Positions 16,942 through 27,076 of a DNA stretch of 64,000 nucleotides are shown here, one piece after another. Both the position numbers and the translations under genes were made by a program. Below the pieces are notes generated by a model. It had not been told where the DNA came from. It searched no databases and saw nothing but the letters and a program-made list of their open reading frames with translations. The stretch covers positions 96,001 to 160,000 of the forward strand of contig CAVPSB010000018.1 of the NCBI GenBank assembly GCA_963708025.1, in the 5' to 3' direction. The stretch is from an uncultured Candidatus Rokubacteria bacterium. Its GTDB lineage: Bacteria; Methylomirabilota; Methylomirabilia; Rokubacteriales; DASRDR01. Position 1 is the stretch's first letter, and each line of letters starts with the position of its first letter.

Positions 16942-19900
16942 ATGCGCCAAATAACCGAATGGCTGGAAGCGATCGGATTGGCGAAATACCAGCCGGTATT
17001 CGCAGACAACGAGATCGACTGGGCGCTCTTGACGAAGCTGACCGAGGCGGACCTCAAGGAACTTGGTCTGCCACTCGGACCGCGCAAGAAGCTTCTGGAA
17101 GCTATCGCGAACCTAGATGCGGCCCCCGTTGCGGCGTCCACGGGGCATGAGGCCGAGCGCCGCCAAGTCACGGTGATGTTCTCCGACCTTGTCGGCTCGA
17201 CGGCACTCTCGGCGCGCATGGACCCTGAGGACCTGCGCGAGGTCATTTCGGCCTATCAGAAATGCGTCGCCGAGACCGTGCGGCGCTTCGGCGGGTTCGT
17301 GGCGAAGTACATGGGCGACGGCGTGCTCGTCTACTTCGGCTATCCGCAGGCCCACGAGGACGACGCCGAGCGGGCGGTGCGGGCCGGGCTGGAGTTGATC
17401 GCAGCGGTGAGCGGCGCTGAAGACCCAGCGCTCCACTGCAAACGCGCGTCGGCATCGCAACGGGCTGGTGGTCGTCGGCGATCTGATCGGATCGGGCGCG
17501 GCGCAGGAGCACGGCATCGTCGGCGAGACGCCGAACCTTGCGGCGCGCCTGCAGGGCATTGCCGAGCCGAACAGGTGGTCATTGCCGAGAGCACGCGAAA
17601 GCTCCTCGGCAATCTGTTCGAGCTGGAGGACCTCGGAGCAAAGGACCTCAAGGGCATCGCAGGGCCGGTGCGAGCCTGGGCGGCGCTGCGACCGAGCTTC
17701 GGTGGAAAGCCGCTTCGAGGCTCTGCACGCGAGCGGCCTGACCGAGCTTGTCGGGCGGGAAGAAGAACTCGAACTGCTGCTGCGGCGCTGGTCGAAGGCA
17801 AAGACCGGCGAAGGCCAGGTGGTGTTGCTCTCCGGCGAGGCCGGCATCGGCAAATCGCGACTGACGGCTGCGCTGCTGGAACGCCTCGCCACCGAGCCAC
17901 ACACGCGCTTGCGCTATTTCTGCTCGCCGCAGCACACCGACAGCGCGTTTTATCCGATCATCGGCCAGATGGAGCGCGCCGCCGGATTTGCGCACGACGA
18001 CACCCCGCAAGCGAAGCTCGACAAGCTCGATGCGCTGCTGGCGCAGACCTCGACCTCGGCCCAGGACGCGGCACTCTTTGCCGAGATGCTGTCGCTGCCG
18101 AACGATGGACGTTATCCCGCGCTCGACCTGACCCCGCGAGCAGCGCCGGCAGAAGAACGCTGGAAGCGCTCGTCTCGCAAATGCGAGGCGCTGTCACGCC
18201 AACAATCCGGTGCTGATGATCTTCGAGGATGCGCATTGGACCGACCCCACGAGCCTGGAAGTGTTCGGTCGCGTCGGTGGACCGGATTCAGAGCTCTTCG
18301 CGTGCTGCTGATCGTGACGTTCCGGCCGGAGTTCGAGCCGCCCTGGATCGGACGGCCGCACGTGACATGCCTTCACGCATCAATCGGCTGGCAGAGCGCG
18401 AAATCGGCGCCATGATCGACCGCGTCGTCGGCAACAAGCCGCTGCCGGCGAGCATCTACGGCAGGACATCATCGAGCGCACCGACGGCATTCCGCTGTTC
18501 GTCGAGGAGATGACCAAGGCGGTGCTGGAGGCGGAGAGCGAGGGCGCAGCGCGAGCAGACGGCCGCCGCCGTTCCGTCCCCGGCCCTGGCGGTCCCGGCA
18601 AGCTTGCACGCCTCGCTGATGGCGCGGCTCGACCGGCTCGGCCCAGCCAAGGAGGTGGCGCAGATCGGAGCGGCGATCGGGCGCGAGTTCTCTCATGCCC
18701 TGCTGGCTGCGGTGGCGCGCAAGCCGGAGGCGGAGCTGGCATCGGCGCTCGACCGTCTCATTGCGGCCGGTTTGCTGTTCCGGCAGGGCGTGCCGCCGCA
18801 CGCGACCTATCTGTTCAAGCACGCCCTGGTGCAGGACGCGGCCTATGGCACGCTGCTGCGCGAGCCGCGACGCGCGCTTCACGCCCGCATCGCCGAAACC
18901 CTCGAAAGCCAATTCGCCGAGATTGCCGAGAACCAGCCGGAGCTGCTGGCGCGTCACTGCACCGAGGCTGGGCTGATCGAGAAGGCCGCGGGCCTGTGGG
19001 GCAAGGCGGGACAGCGGTCGCTGGAGCGCTCGGCGCTGGTCGAAGCCGTAGAGCAGCTCACGCGTGCGCTCGACCAGATCGCGACCTTGCCCGCCACGCC
19101 CGCGCTGCGTCGCGAGCAGATCAAGCTTCAGGTCGCGCTCATAACCCCACTCATCCATGTCAAAGGCTATGCCGCGCCGGAAACCAAGGCGGCTGCGGAG
19201 CGGGCACGTCTGCTGATCGAACAAGCTGAAGCGCTCGGAGAGCCTCCCGAAGACCCACTGCTGTTGTTCTCGGTCCTCTACGGCTTCTGGGTCGCGAACT
19301 ACGTGGCGTTCAACGGCGACGCTGATGCGCGAGCTTGCGGCGCAGTTCCTGGCGCTCGCCGAGAAGCAAGGGGCGACAGTCCCGCTCATGATCGGGCATC
19401 GCCTCATGGGCAGCTTCCTTGCTGCGTACGGGGGACATCGCGGAAGGCCGGAGCACACTTCGATCAGGCGATCGCGCTTTACGATCCTGCCGAGCATCGT
19501 CCGCTGGCGACGCGATTTGGCCAAGACGTCGGGGTGTCAATCTTGTCCTATCGGTCGTTGGCTCTGTGGTTGCTTGGCTATCCCGAGGCCGCGCTCGCGG
19601 ACGCCGACCACGCGCTCAAGGATGCGCGCGAGATCGGCCAAGCTGCCACTTTGATGTACGCGCTGACCAATGCCGTCGTTCACACATACTCTCTGCGGAA
19701 ACTACGCGGCAGCGACCGCGCAAGCTCGATGAACTTGTCGCTCTGGCGGACGAAAAAGGCGCCTTTCTGGAAGGCGCTCGGAATGATGAACCAAGGTTGC
19801 GTATTGGCCCTGACCGGCAAAGCCTCGGACGCAGTCCAGAATGATCACCTCCGGGATCGCCGCATATCGGTCAACGGGAGCAACACTGTTGGATGCCGTT

Positions 19901-20298
19901 GTATCTTGTCACATTTGGCGAGCGCCTATGCGGAGCTTGGCCAATTCGATGACGCTTGGCGCTGCATTGGCGAAGCGATGACGGCGGTGGAAACAACCAA
20001 GGAAAGGTGGTGCGAGGCCGAGGTCCATCGCATCGCCGGCGAAATCGCGCTGAAGTCGCCCGAGCCGGATGCGGCGAAAGCGGAAGCGTATTTCGAGCGC
20101 GCTCTCGCGGTCGCGCGCCAGCAGCAGGCAAAGTCCTGGGAACTGCGCGCCGCGATGAGCATGGCGCGGCTCTGGCGCGACCAGGGCAAGCGGCAGCAGG
20201 CCCGCGAGCTTCTCGCTCCGGTCTACGGCTGGTTCACCGAAGGCTTCGACACGCTCGATCTGAAGGAGGCGAAGGCGTTGCTCGACGCGCTGGCGTGA
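16942..20298 (+). pseudogene. SAM domain + class III adenylate cyclase + NTPase + TPR gene with many frameshifts
   Basis: WLEAIGLAKY...LKELGL (SAM), ERRQVTVMFSDLVGS, KYMGDG, GEAGIGKS, YLFKHALVQDAAY and WFTEGFDT are spread over all three frames. Confidence 0.88.
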
Positions 20299-20584
20299 TG
20301 AGCGCGCTCGTGGTCGCGAGGGAAGCCGGCGAGACGGGTCGGTTCTGGTGCGCCAGCGACGGGGAAGCTGCTACGGGTTTCCAAGCTCCTGCGTAACGCG
20401 ACACGCACTACGGGTGCGATTTGCTGGAATCCCGGGCTCGCGATCGGGCTCTACCGGAAGCGGAAGACGGAAATCCGTGATAATAAGTAGCCGCAGGCCC
20501 GCCTGGGCGAGGAGCTTGCCGGTGGCCCGGCCTCTTGTCGAGGGGCGGACGGTTCGCGACCGTAGGAGGCCGGTGGGCGTTGTG

Positions 20585-20605
20585 TGTACCCGGTCGTGTA
20601 CCCGG
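20585..20605 (+). repeat. Tandem 9-mers, probable integrase arm-type sites (right end)
   Basis: TGTACCCGG-TCG-TGTACCCGG about 100 bp inside the right att core. Confidence 0.65.
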
Positions 20606-20708
20606 CGGGGCGCCAGAACCCGCCCGCGCGGGCCTACGCGATCCAACGAGGTTCGCGTAAACTCCCTGGGAAGTGTGGGTGGGCATTCACACCTCCGGGC
20701 ATCGCCCA

Positions 20709-20757
20709 GGCCTGTCAAGCCAGAGGCCGCGGGTTCAAGTCCCGTTGACCCCGCCAT
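20709..20757 (+). repeat. attR: duplicated 3' half of tRNA-Asp
   Basis: 48/49 identical to 4208-4256. Confidence 0.95.
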
Positions 20758-20767
20758 TAGAAACGTG

Positions 20768-20806
20768 CAGTTCCGAGGGGCGGCGTCGAGCCGGCCCTCG
20801 GAACTG
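20768..20806 (+). terminator. Hairpin after attR (probably the original hairpin downstream of the tRNA)
   Basis: CAGTTCCGAGGG...CCCTCGGAACTG 12-bp stem with an inner CGGC/GCCG stem. Confidence 0.55.
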
Positions 20807-20954
20807 TGCGGGCTCGGACCACCCGCTTCCCCGAACCGCCCTCCCGCCGCTTCCGTTTCCCGCTTCTTGAGTGCCTCCCACGCCACCCGCTGCACCGCCG
20901 TCCCATGGCTATTGGGCCGACCCCGTCCCGACCGGGCCGCCGGCAGCCAATCCC

Positions 20955-22112
20955 TCACGGCTTGATCGGCCCAACGTACCGCTTCGCGAGCACGAGCTGG
21001 TCGTAATACACCACGCTGGTTGACCCGCTGGGCACCTGGGTGGCGTAGTGGGTGATCCACATGTAGTTGAGCTTGAGGACGGCGTCATTGCGGTAGCGCA
21101 GACCGGGGAAGGACTGCGTCGCGGCGAGGTCGGGCCGAAAGTTGGTGCCCACATAGGTGCCCTTGGGTGTGCCGGGGCCGAACTCCTGGATCCGGTGGCC
21201 GTCGATCCAGAGCCCGAGCAAACCGTCGTGGTTGGCGGGCGTGTTCAACTTGACGTGAATCTCGACGCTGTACCAACGGTTGAGCAAGAAGGTTGGCTGA
21301 GAGTCAACGAGGAAGGAGTTGCCGGCAGCAGGCACCTTGAGCTGACCGGTGATGGGGTCGGGCTCGGTGGCCCCGACCCGAGGAGTGACGATGTCCCCCC
21401 AGGCCTTCATCTCGAACCAGTAGTTGTAGAAGTCGAAGAGGAAGACCGAGCCGGTCCGTCTGGAGACCTCCGCGGAGACTGCCAGGGCCTTGTCTCCGTC
21501 AGGCGCGGTGCAGCACAGGCCGATAGCTCCCTGAGTAATGAAGGGCTGGGCGATAGGATTGACGCCCCCGATGTACACCGTGGTGTGGTGGTACACCGAG
21601 TCGGTGTACTTGATGTAGTACCGCAGGTAGATCTCCTCGTGGCCAGCATCGAGGTAACGGTACAGGCTCCCTCCGGTCGAGCGGCTCGTGGCGGTGACCT
21701 TGAGTGACGAAGGATTCCCTGCACCCGCCGGGGAATCGGTCACCAAAGCCATGTTTCCCGGATTGCGGGCAGCGGTGTAGCGAGCCGTCAGGGCCCCCAC
21801 CGAGGCTTGATCGAAACTCTCGGCCCAGATCACGTCGGGGTCGGCTCCGATGCCCACGTCTCCGGGGTAGTCCGACGCCAGGCCGCCACTCGACGCGCCG
21901 CCGCCCGCAGATCCGCCCCCTCCACCCCTCGCGGCGCGGCCACCTCCTGACGCTCCTCCACCGGTAGCGCCTCCGGTGGCGCTACCCCCTGCTTGCGCAG
22001 ATCCGCCGGCAGCCCCTCCCGCCCCTCCCCCACCATGGCCTCCAGCACCCGACAACTCAGCAGATCCAGCGCATCCGATAATCAGGATCGACAGCAGCAG
22101 AGCGATTTGCAT
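20955..22112 (-). CDS. Putative lipoprotein with Gly-rich linker and concanavalin/polysaccharide-lyase-like beta-sandwich domain
   Basis: LIIGC lipobox, Gly/Ala/Ser tract, EEIYLRYYIKY, RWYSVEIHVKLNTP..DGLLGLWIDG, YYDQLVLAKRYVGP. Confidence 0.7.
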   Translation of the reverse strand: MQIALLLSILIIGCAGSAELSGAGGHGGGGAGGAAGGSAQAGGSATGGATGGGASGGGRAARGGGGGSAGGGASSGGLASDYPGDVGIGADPDVIWAESFDQASVGALTARYTAARNPGNMALVTDSPAGAGNPSSLKVTATSRSTGGSLYRYLDAGHEEIYLRYYIKYTDSVYHHTTVYIGGVNPIAQPFITQGAIGLCCTAPDGDKALAVSAEVSRRTGSVFLFDFYNYWFEMKAWGDIVTPRVGATEPDPITGQLKVPAAGNSFLVDSQPTFLLNRWYSVEIHVKLNTPANHDGLLGLWIDGHRIQEFGPGTPKGTYVGTNFRPDLAATQSFPGLRYRNDAVLKLNYMWITHYATQVPSGSTSVVYYDQLVLAKRYVGPIKP

Positions 22113-22934
22113 CTTCCACCACCCTGCAACTAGGCAACCACGCGCAACCCAACCTTTTGTCCAGTTCGGCAGGAGTGGGGTCAACATGATGCGCCCTTCT
22201 CTGGCCGAGCGAGGAGGATGAAACAGAACAGGGCGACAGCCAACCGCATCATGACGGGAACCTCCCGACCGTCGGGATGCTACGCCGGGTAGTAAAACGC
22301 GTCAACCGCCGCTTCTGCCTCTCGGACTAGGGAGCTACAGAGTCCTCCAGCTCCCCGCAGGGAAGGCCCCAGGGGTGGAGATAGATTGGTAGTAGCGCCT
22401 CTAGGCTCCGGCTGGGGGCGGTTTCTCCGGCGGGGCGTCCGGGGCGCTTGCACAGTTGGCTGCGGGGTTTCGGTAGGAGCAGGTTTCGGCGAGGCCCTTT
22501 CCAGACCGTCCGGCGTCGCGGCCGGCCCCGCTGTGGCAAACGAACCCCCATACTGCTTCAGGAAGAGATCAGCAGCTTCGAGCTCGGGTTGGAGACGCCC
22601 GCTGCTCCGAATCTGTCCAATCTTTCCTTTATCGCTTGAGGCCTCTTAGTCAGACCCCACTGGCGCTCAGGCAGTTCCGCAAAGATGTCTCGACCCCTTC
22701 AATAAAGTATTTCTGGAAGCGATCGGCGGCGAGTTCTCCAAGCGCTTGAGCATCGACATTCGCGTACACGCGGAGTATCCTGCCCCCGCGTCGCGTACAA
22801 CGGAGAACGAGTATTGCGCGAAGCAGAGAGAGCGCGCCTCGCGGACGACGGTAAACCGCGGCTCGCGGCGGCGGCTGATTAGGCCCCCGGATGGAGGTTG
22901 GCAAGGCCATGACGATGCGTCGACTCTCGTGGAG

Positions 22935-24155
22935 ATGAGACCACCGGCGGCGAGCGGTACGCCCGCGCTGGTGCTGGGCGGGCCGTCGGCGACCGCCCTC
23001 GCCGTCATTCGCAGTCTCGGACGGGCCCGTATCCCTCAATATGCGGTCGGGACGACGGGGAGCTTCGTCGCCCGCTCCCGCTGGCATCGCCCGCTGCCAC
23101 CTGTGAACGGCGGGACGCCCGCCGCGACGGAGCTGGGCCCGCTCCTGGCCGCGCTGCCCCTCGACCGGGCGGTCCTCTTCCCGTGTTCCGACGAGTGGGC
23201 GTTGGCCGTGGTCAGCCTCGATGGGACTTGGGCGGGGCGCTTCCCGATCAGCTCGCCTCCCCGCGCGAGCGTGGAGACGCTCGTTAACAAGGTGATGTTC
23301 TCGAAGCGGCTCCTCGAGCTGGGGATCCCCCATCCGCGCACGCTCCCCCTCCACTCCCCCGACGAACTGACGGACCTTACCGAGTCAGCACTCGCCGGCA
23401 CGTTCCTCAAGCCGCGGCACTCCCAGGCATTCGCGCGGCGCTACGGGGTCAAGGCCTTCCGCTTTCGCACCCGCGCAGAGGCCGTGATGCTGGCCCGTCA
23501 CGCCTCCGATGCCGGCATCGAGCTCATGTTGCAGGAGTACGTGCCCGGGCCCCCGGCGCGCCACTATATGATCGAGGGCTTCGTGGATCAGTCCGGCCAG
23601 ATCTCCGCCCGCTTCGTCCGGCAGCGCGTGCGGATGTATCCGCCCGACTTCGGCGACAGCACGTGCATGGTCACCACCGCGCTGGATGCGGTCCGGGACG
23701 CGATCGAGCCGCTGGACCGGCTCCTGGTGGCTCTCCGCTATCGGGGCATGTTCGAGGCGGAGTTCAAGCTCGACGATCGCGACGGCCGATTCAAGCTCCT
23801 CGAGGTCAACGCGCGCCCATGGATGTTCCTCGGCTTCGCGGCGGTTTGCGGTGTCAACTTCTGCGATATGGCCTACCGCGATGCGCTCGGTCTGCCGGTG
23901 GTCCCGGTCCACAGGTACGCGGTCGGCCGGCGCTTCATCATGCCGTACCTCGACGCCTTCAGCTGCTGGCGGCTCGTCCGCGACCACCGCCTCACGCTGT
24001 GGGACTGGGCTCGCTCCTGGATCGGCGCCGGCCATCTCGTGTTCGCCCGGGATGACCCGGCGCCTGCACTCGCGAGCGTCGTCGAACAACTCCGGCGGAT
24101 TTTCCAATCTGCATGGCGGCGTATCCCGAGCGCGTGGGCTCAAACGCGGCAATGA
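22935..24155 (+). CDS. ATP-grasp carboxylate-amine ligase (D-aspartate ligase-like); start uncertain
   Basis: LAVIRSLGR, LFPCSD, FLKP, LQEYVPG, EFKLDDRDGRFKLLEVNAR. Confidence 0.85.
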   Translation: MRPPAASGTPALVLGGPSATALAVIRSLGRARIPQYAVGTTGSFVARSRWHRPLPPVNGGTPAATELGPLLAALPLDRAVLFPCSDEWALAVVSLDGTWAGRFPISSPPRASVETLVNKVMFSKRLLELGIPHPRTLPLHSPDELTDLTESALAGTFLKPRHSQAFARRYGVKAFRFRTRAEAVMLARHASDAGIELMLQEYVPGPPARHYMIEGFVDQSGQISARFVRQRVRMYPPDFGDSTCMVTTALDAVRDAIEPLDRLLVALRYRGMFEAEFKLDDRDGRFKLLEVNARPWMFLGFAAVCGVNFCDMAYRDALGLPVVPVHRYAVGRRFIMPYLDAFSCWRLVRDHRLTLWDWARSWIGAGHLVFARDDPAPALASVVEQLRRIFQSAWRRIPSAWAQTRQ

Positions 24156-24208
24156 CTGCAGACAAGGGTTTCCGCACTAACCGCCCTGGCTTTCGCCGCT
24201 GAACCACG

Positions 24209-24545
24209 ATGAAGAAGCGCCGCGCCCTCGCCACCCAGCCCGACGGGCTGGCCCACCGCATCGCCTCCGTGCGGCGGGGCCTCGGGCTGTCTCAGGGAGC
24301 CTCGGTGCCCGGCTGGGTGTTTCCCAGAACACCGTGGTCAGCTACGCGCGCGGCCAGACCCCGCGAACGACCATCCTTGACCGCATCGCGCAGGCTGGCG
24401 GGGTGACGGCGGAGTGGCTCCTGCACGGAACGGCCTCGGAGCGGGCCCCTCACTTCGACGTGACCAAGCCTGGCAGGAGGCCGTGGATCTGCTGCGCCAA
24501 GTGTGGCAGGACCCCAACCGCCGCGGGGCGGTGGTCAGCGTCTGA
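24209..24545 (+). pseudogene. XRE-family HTH regulator, frameshifted
   Basis: RIASVRRGLGLSQ / ARLGVSQNTVVSYARGQTPR..LDRIAQAGGVTAEWLLHG split across frames near 24300, with a second shift near 24455. Confidence 0.7.
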
Positions 24546-24744
24546 GAAGCGAGTCTCCCTCGGGCCGTCCTCCCGATGCCACGGATGCTACGGCAGGCGT
24601 CGACGCGGGCCGGGAGCGCGGGGGTTGGGTTTGGCCTGTTTTCCTGGTATTTCTTTGGTGTCCGCGGACGTCTCGGTCGTGATGCTCCACCCCGGGTGAC
24701 CCGAGGGGGTGACGCCGGGCTCGAACTCGCAGGGGGGTGCGAAC

Positions 24745-26350
24745 ATGGCTGGTCCGGCCAAGCAGCGATCGTCGAAGCGGGCTCCCGAGGCCGCGCCGGA
24801 GCGGGCGGCCGGGAAGAAGGTGACGCTCCCGTACACCGGCAAGGAGTTCCTGGAGAGCCTCGACGACGGCCGCGAGGTCTGGATCTACGGCGCGCGCGTC
24901 AAGAAGATCACCGCGCACCCGGCATTCCAGAACTGTGCCCGGATGATCGCGCGCCTGTACGACGCACTCCACGAGGACCACGCGAGCGGCAAGAACGTGC
25001 TCACCGGGCCCAGCGAGTGGGGTGGGTTCACCCACCGCTTCTTCCGGGCGCCGACCACCGTGGAGGAGCAGGTCGCGGGGCGCGACGCCATCGCCGCGTG
25101 GGCGCGCGTCACCTGGGGGTGGCTCGGACGGTCGCCCGATTACAAGGCGGCCTTCCTCGGGACGCTGGGGGCGAACGCGGAATTCTACGCCCCCTACCAG
25201 GACAACGCCCGACGCTGGTACCGGTTCTCGCAGGAGCGCGTCCCCTTCATCAACCACGCGATCATCCACCCGCCGGTCGACCGCAACATGGCGCCGGGGG
25301 CGCCGGGCGGTCCCACCGACATCTACGCGCGCGTCACCAAGGAGACCGCCGGGGGGATCTACGTCTCCGGCGCCAAGGTGGTGGCGACGGGCTCGGCGCT
25401 GACCCACTTCACCTTCGTCGCCCACCACGGGCTCATCCCGGTGCAGGGCAAGAACTTCGCGGTCGTCTTCATGGTGCCGACCAGCGCGAAGGGGGTGAAG
25501 CTCATCTGCCGGGTCTCGAACGAGCTGCGCGCCGCCACGCTGGGCAGCCCGTTCGACTATCCGCTCTCCAGCCGGCTGGACGAGAACGACGCCATCTTCG
25601 TGATGGACAACGTGTTCGTGCCCTGGGAAGACGTGTTCGTCTACGCCGACGTCGAGAAGGCGAACAACTTCTTCCCGCGCACCGGCTTCCTCCCCCGGGC
25701 CCTCATCCACGGCTGCACGCGGCTGGCGGTCAAGCTCGACTTCATCACCGGCCTCCTGATCAAGGCCACCGAGGTCACCGGCGCCCGGACGTTCCGGGGC
25801 GTGGAGGCGAACATCGGCGAGGTCATCGCCTGGCGCAACATGATCTGGGGGCTGTCCGACGCGATGGCCAAGACCGCCGACCCGTGGACCGGCGGCTGCA
25901 TCCTGCCCGGCATGGAGCCGGCCGCCGCCTACCAGGTGCTGGCGCCCGAGGCCTACGTCCAGGTCAAGAACCTCATCGAGAAGACCGTGGCCAGCGGACT
26001 CATCTACCTGAACTCGCACGCCCGCGACTTCAAGACGCCGGACCTCCGGAAGTACCTCGACCTCTACCTGCGGGGCTCGGGCGGGGTGGACGCCATCGAC
26101 CGGGTCAAGCTGATGAAGCTCCTGTGGGACGCGATCGGGACCGAGTTCGGCGGCCGGCACGAGCTGTACGAGATCAACTACTCCGGGAGCCACGAGGAGA
26201 TCCGGCGCTACGCGCTGTTCGGAGCGCTGGCCTCCGGGCCAGTACGATCGCTGGAAGCAGTTCGCCGAGTCGTGCATGGCCGAGTACGACCTCGACGGGT
26301 GGAAGGCGAAGGATCTCGTCAACACCGATGGGCTGAGCGCACTGCGCTGA
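24745..26350 (+). CDS. hpaB: 4-hydroxyphenylacetate 3-monooxygenase family, oxygenase component (apparent +1 frameshift near 26238)
   Basis: [47 protein letters not shown]; the true C-terminus [10 protein letters not shown] lies in the shifted frame and ends at TGA 26350. Confidence 0.88.
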
Positions 26351-26439
26351 TCGCCTGTCAACGAATCGGACCTCCGGCTCCCCCCTCCCCCCAGCGGGTG
26401 GGGGAGGGGGGTTGGGGGGGTAGGCGGGAGGCTTCGAAC
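26348..26439 (+). repeat. Family A repeat (no 22-nt module)
   Basis: TGATCGCCTGT...CTCCGGCTCCCCCCTCCCCCC...GGGGGAGGGGGG...GGCGGGAGGCTTCGAAC. Confidence 0.85.
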
Positions 26440-26441
26440 TG

Positions 26442-26966
26442 ATGCCGCGCGGCCTGGACGAGCGCGTGTTCCGCCGCGCGCTCGGCCGCTTCGCCACCGG
26501 CGTGATCGTGCTGACCGCCGGCTCCCGGCGCGCGCCGCACGCGATGACCGCCAACGCGTTCATGTCGGGCTCGCTGAGGCCGCCGCTGGTAGTGGTGTCG
26601 GTGGGCCGCGCGGCCCGCATGCACGCGCGGCTGATCGGTGCCCGGCGGTTCGGCGTCAGCATCCTCGACCAGGCCCAGGAGCCGGCCAGCCGCCACTTCG
26701 CGGGCCAGGCCGTCGCCGGCTTCGCCCCGGAGTTCGCGGAGCTGGCCAGGGTCCCCGTGCTCGCCACCGCCGCGGTGGTGATCGCGGCCCGGATCACGCA
26801 TCGCTACGGGTGCGGCGATCACACCCTGTTCGTGGGCGAGGTCGAGGATCTGGCCGTCAGCGTGGCGGCGCCGCCACTCCTCTACTACGAAGGCCGGTAC
26901 GGAGTGCTCGAAGCCTTTCCGTCGGCGCCCGGGCGGAGTCCGGAGCCCTTCCCGTCCTTCTTCTGA
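26442..26966 (+). CDS. hpaC: Flavin reductase (HpaC-like)
   Basis: FRRALGRFATGV, MTANAFMSGSLRPPLV, GDHTLFVGEV; adjacent to hpaB. Confidence 0.88.
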   Translation: MPRGLDERVFRRALGRFATGVIVLTAGSRRAPHAMTANAFMSGSLRPPLVVVSVGRAARMHARLIGARRFGVSILDQAQEPASRHFAGQAVAGFAPEFAELARVPVLATAAVVIAARITHRYGCGDHTLFVGEVEDLAVSVAAPPLLYYEGRYGVLEAFPSAPGRSPEPFPSFF

Positions 26967-27049
26967 ACGCGTGTGAAGGAATGGCGTCCTCCGGCTCCCC
27001 CCTCCCCCCGGTGGGTGGGGGAGGGGGGCTGGGGGGGTGGGCGGGAGGT
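26964..27049 (+). repeat. Family A repeat (no 22-nt module)
   Basis: TGAACGCGTGTGAAGGAATGG..CTCCGGCTCCCCCCTCCCCCC...GGGTGGGCGGGAGGT. Confidence 0.85.
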
Positions 27050-27076
27050 GTATGGTTGACGGGCAGGAGCTGCGCC

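Larger units (their letters stand above)
4208..20757. mobile_element. Genomic island integrated at tRNA-Asp (~16.5 kb), integrase decayed
   Basis: 49-bp direct repeat of the tRNA 3' half (4208-4256 vs 20709-20757, one mismatch); tyrosine recombinase remnant next to the tRNA; accessory cargo. Confidence 0.9.

Noticed and set aside
16942-20298. Diversity-generating retroelement target explaining the damaged cyclase
   Set aside because: The changes are indels rather than A-specific substitutions, and there is no reverse transcriptase or template repeat in the window.
20690-20757. A second complete tRNA-Asp gene
   Set aside because: The 5' acceptor strand and D-arm are missing; it is the att duplication.
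22200-22930. Protein-coding gene or ncRNA in the less GC-rich gap
   Set aside because: Candidate ORFs lack recognisable motifs and codon bias, and no RNA family could be supported by eye.
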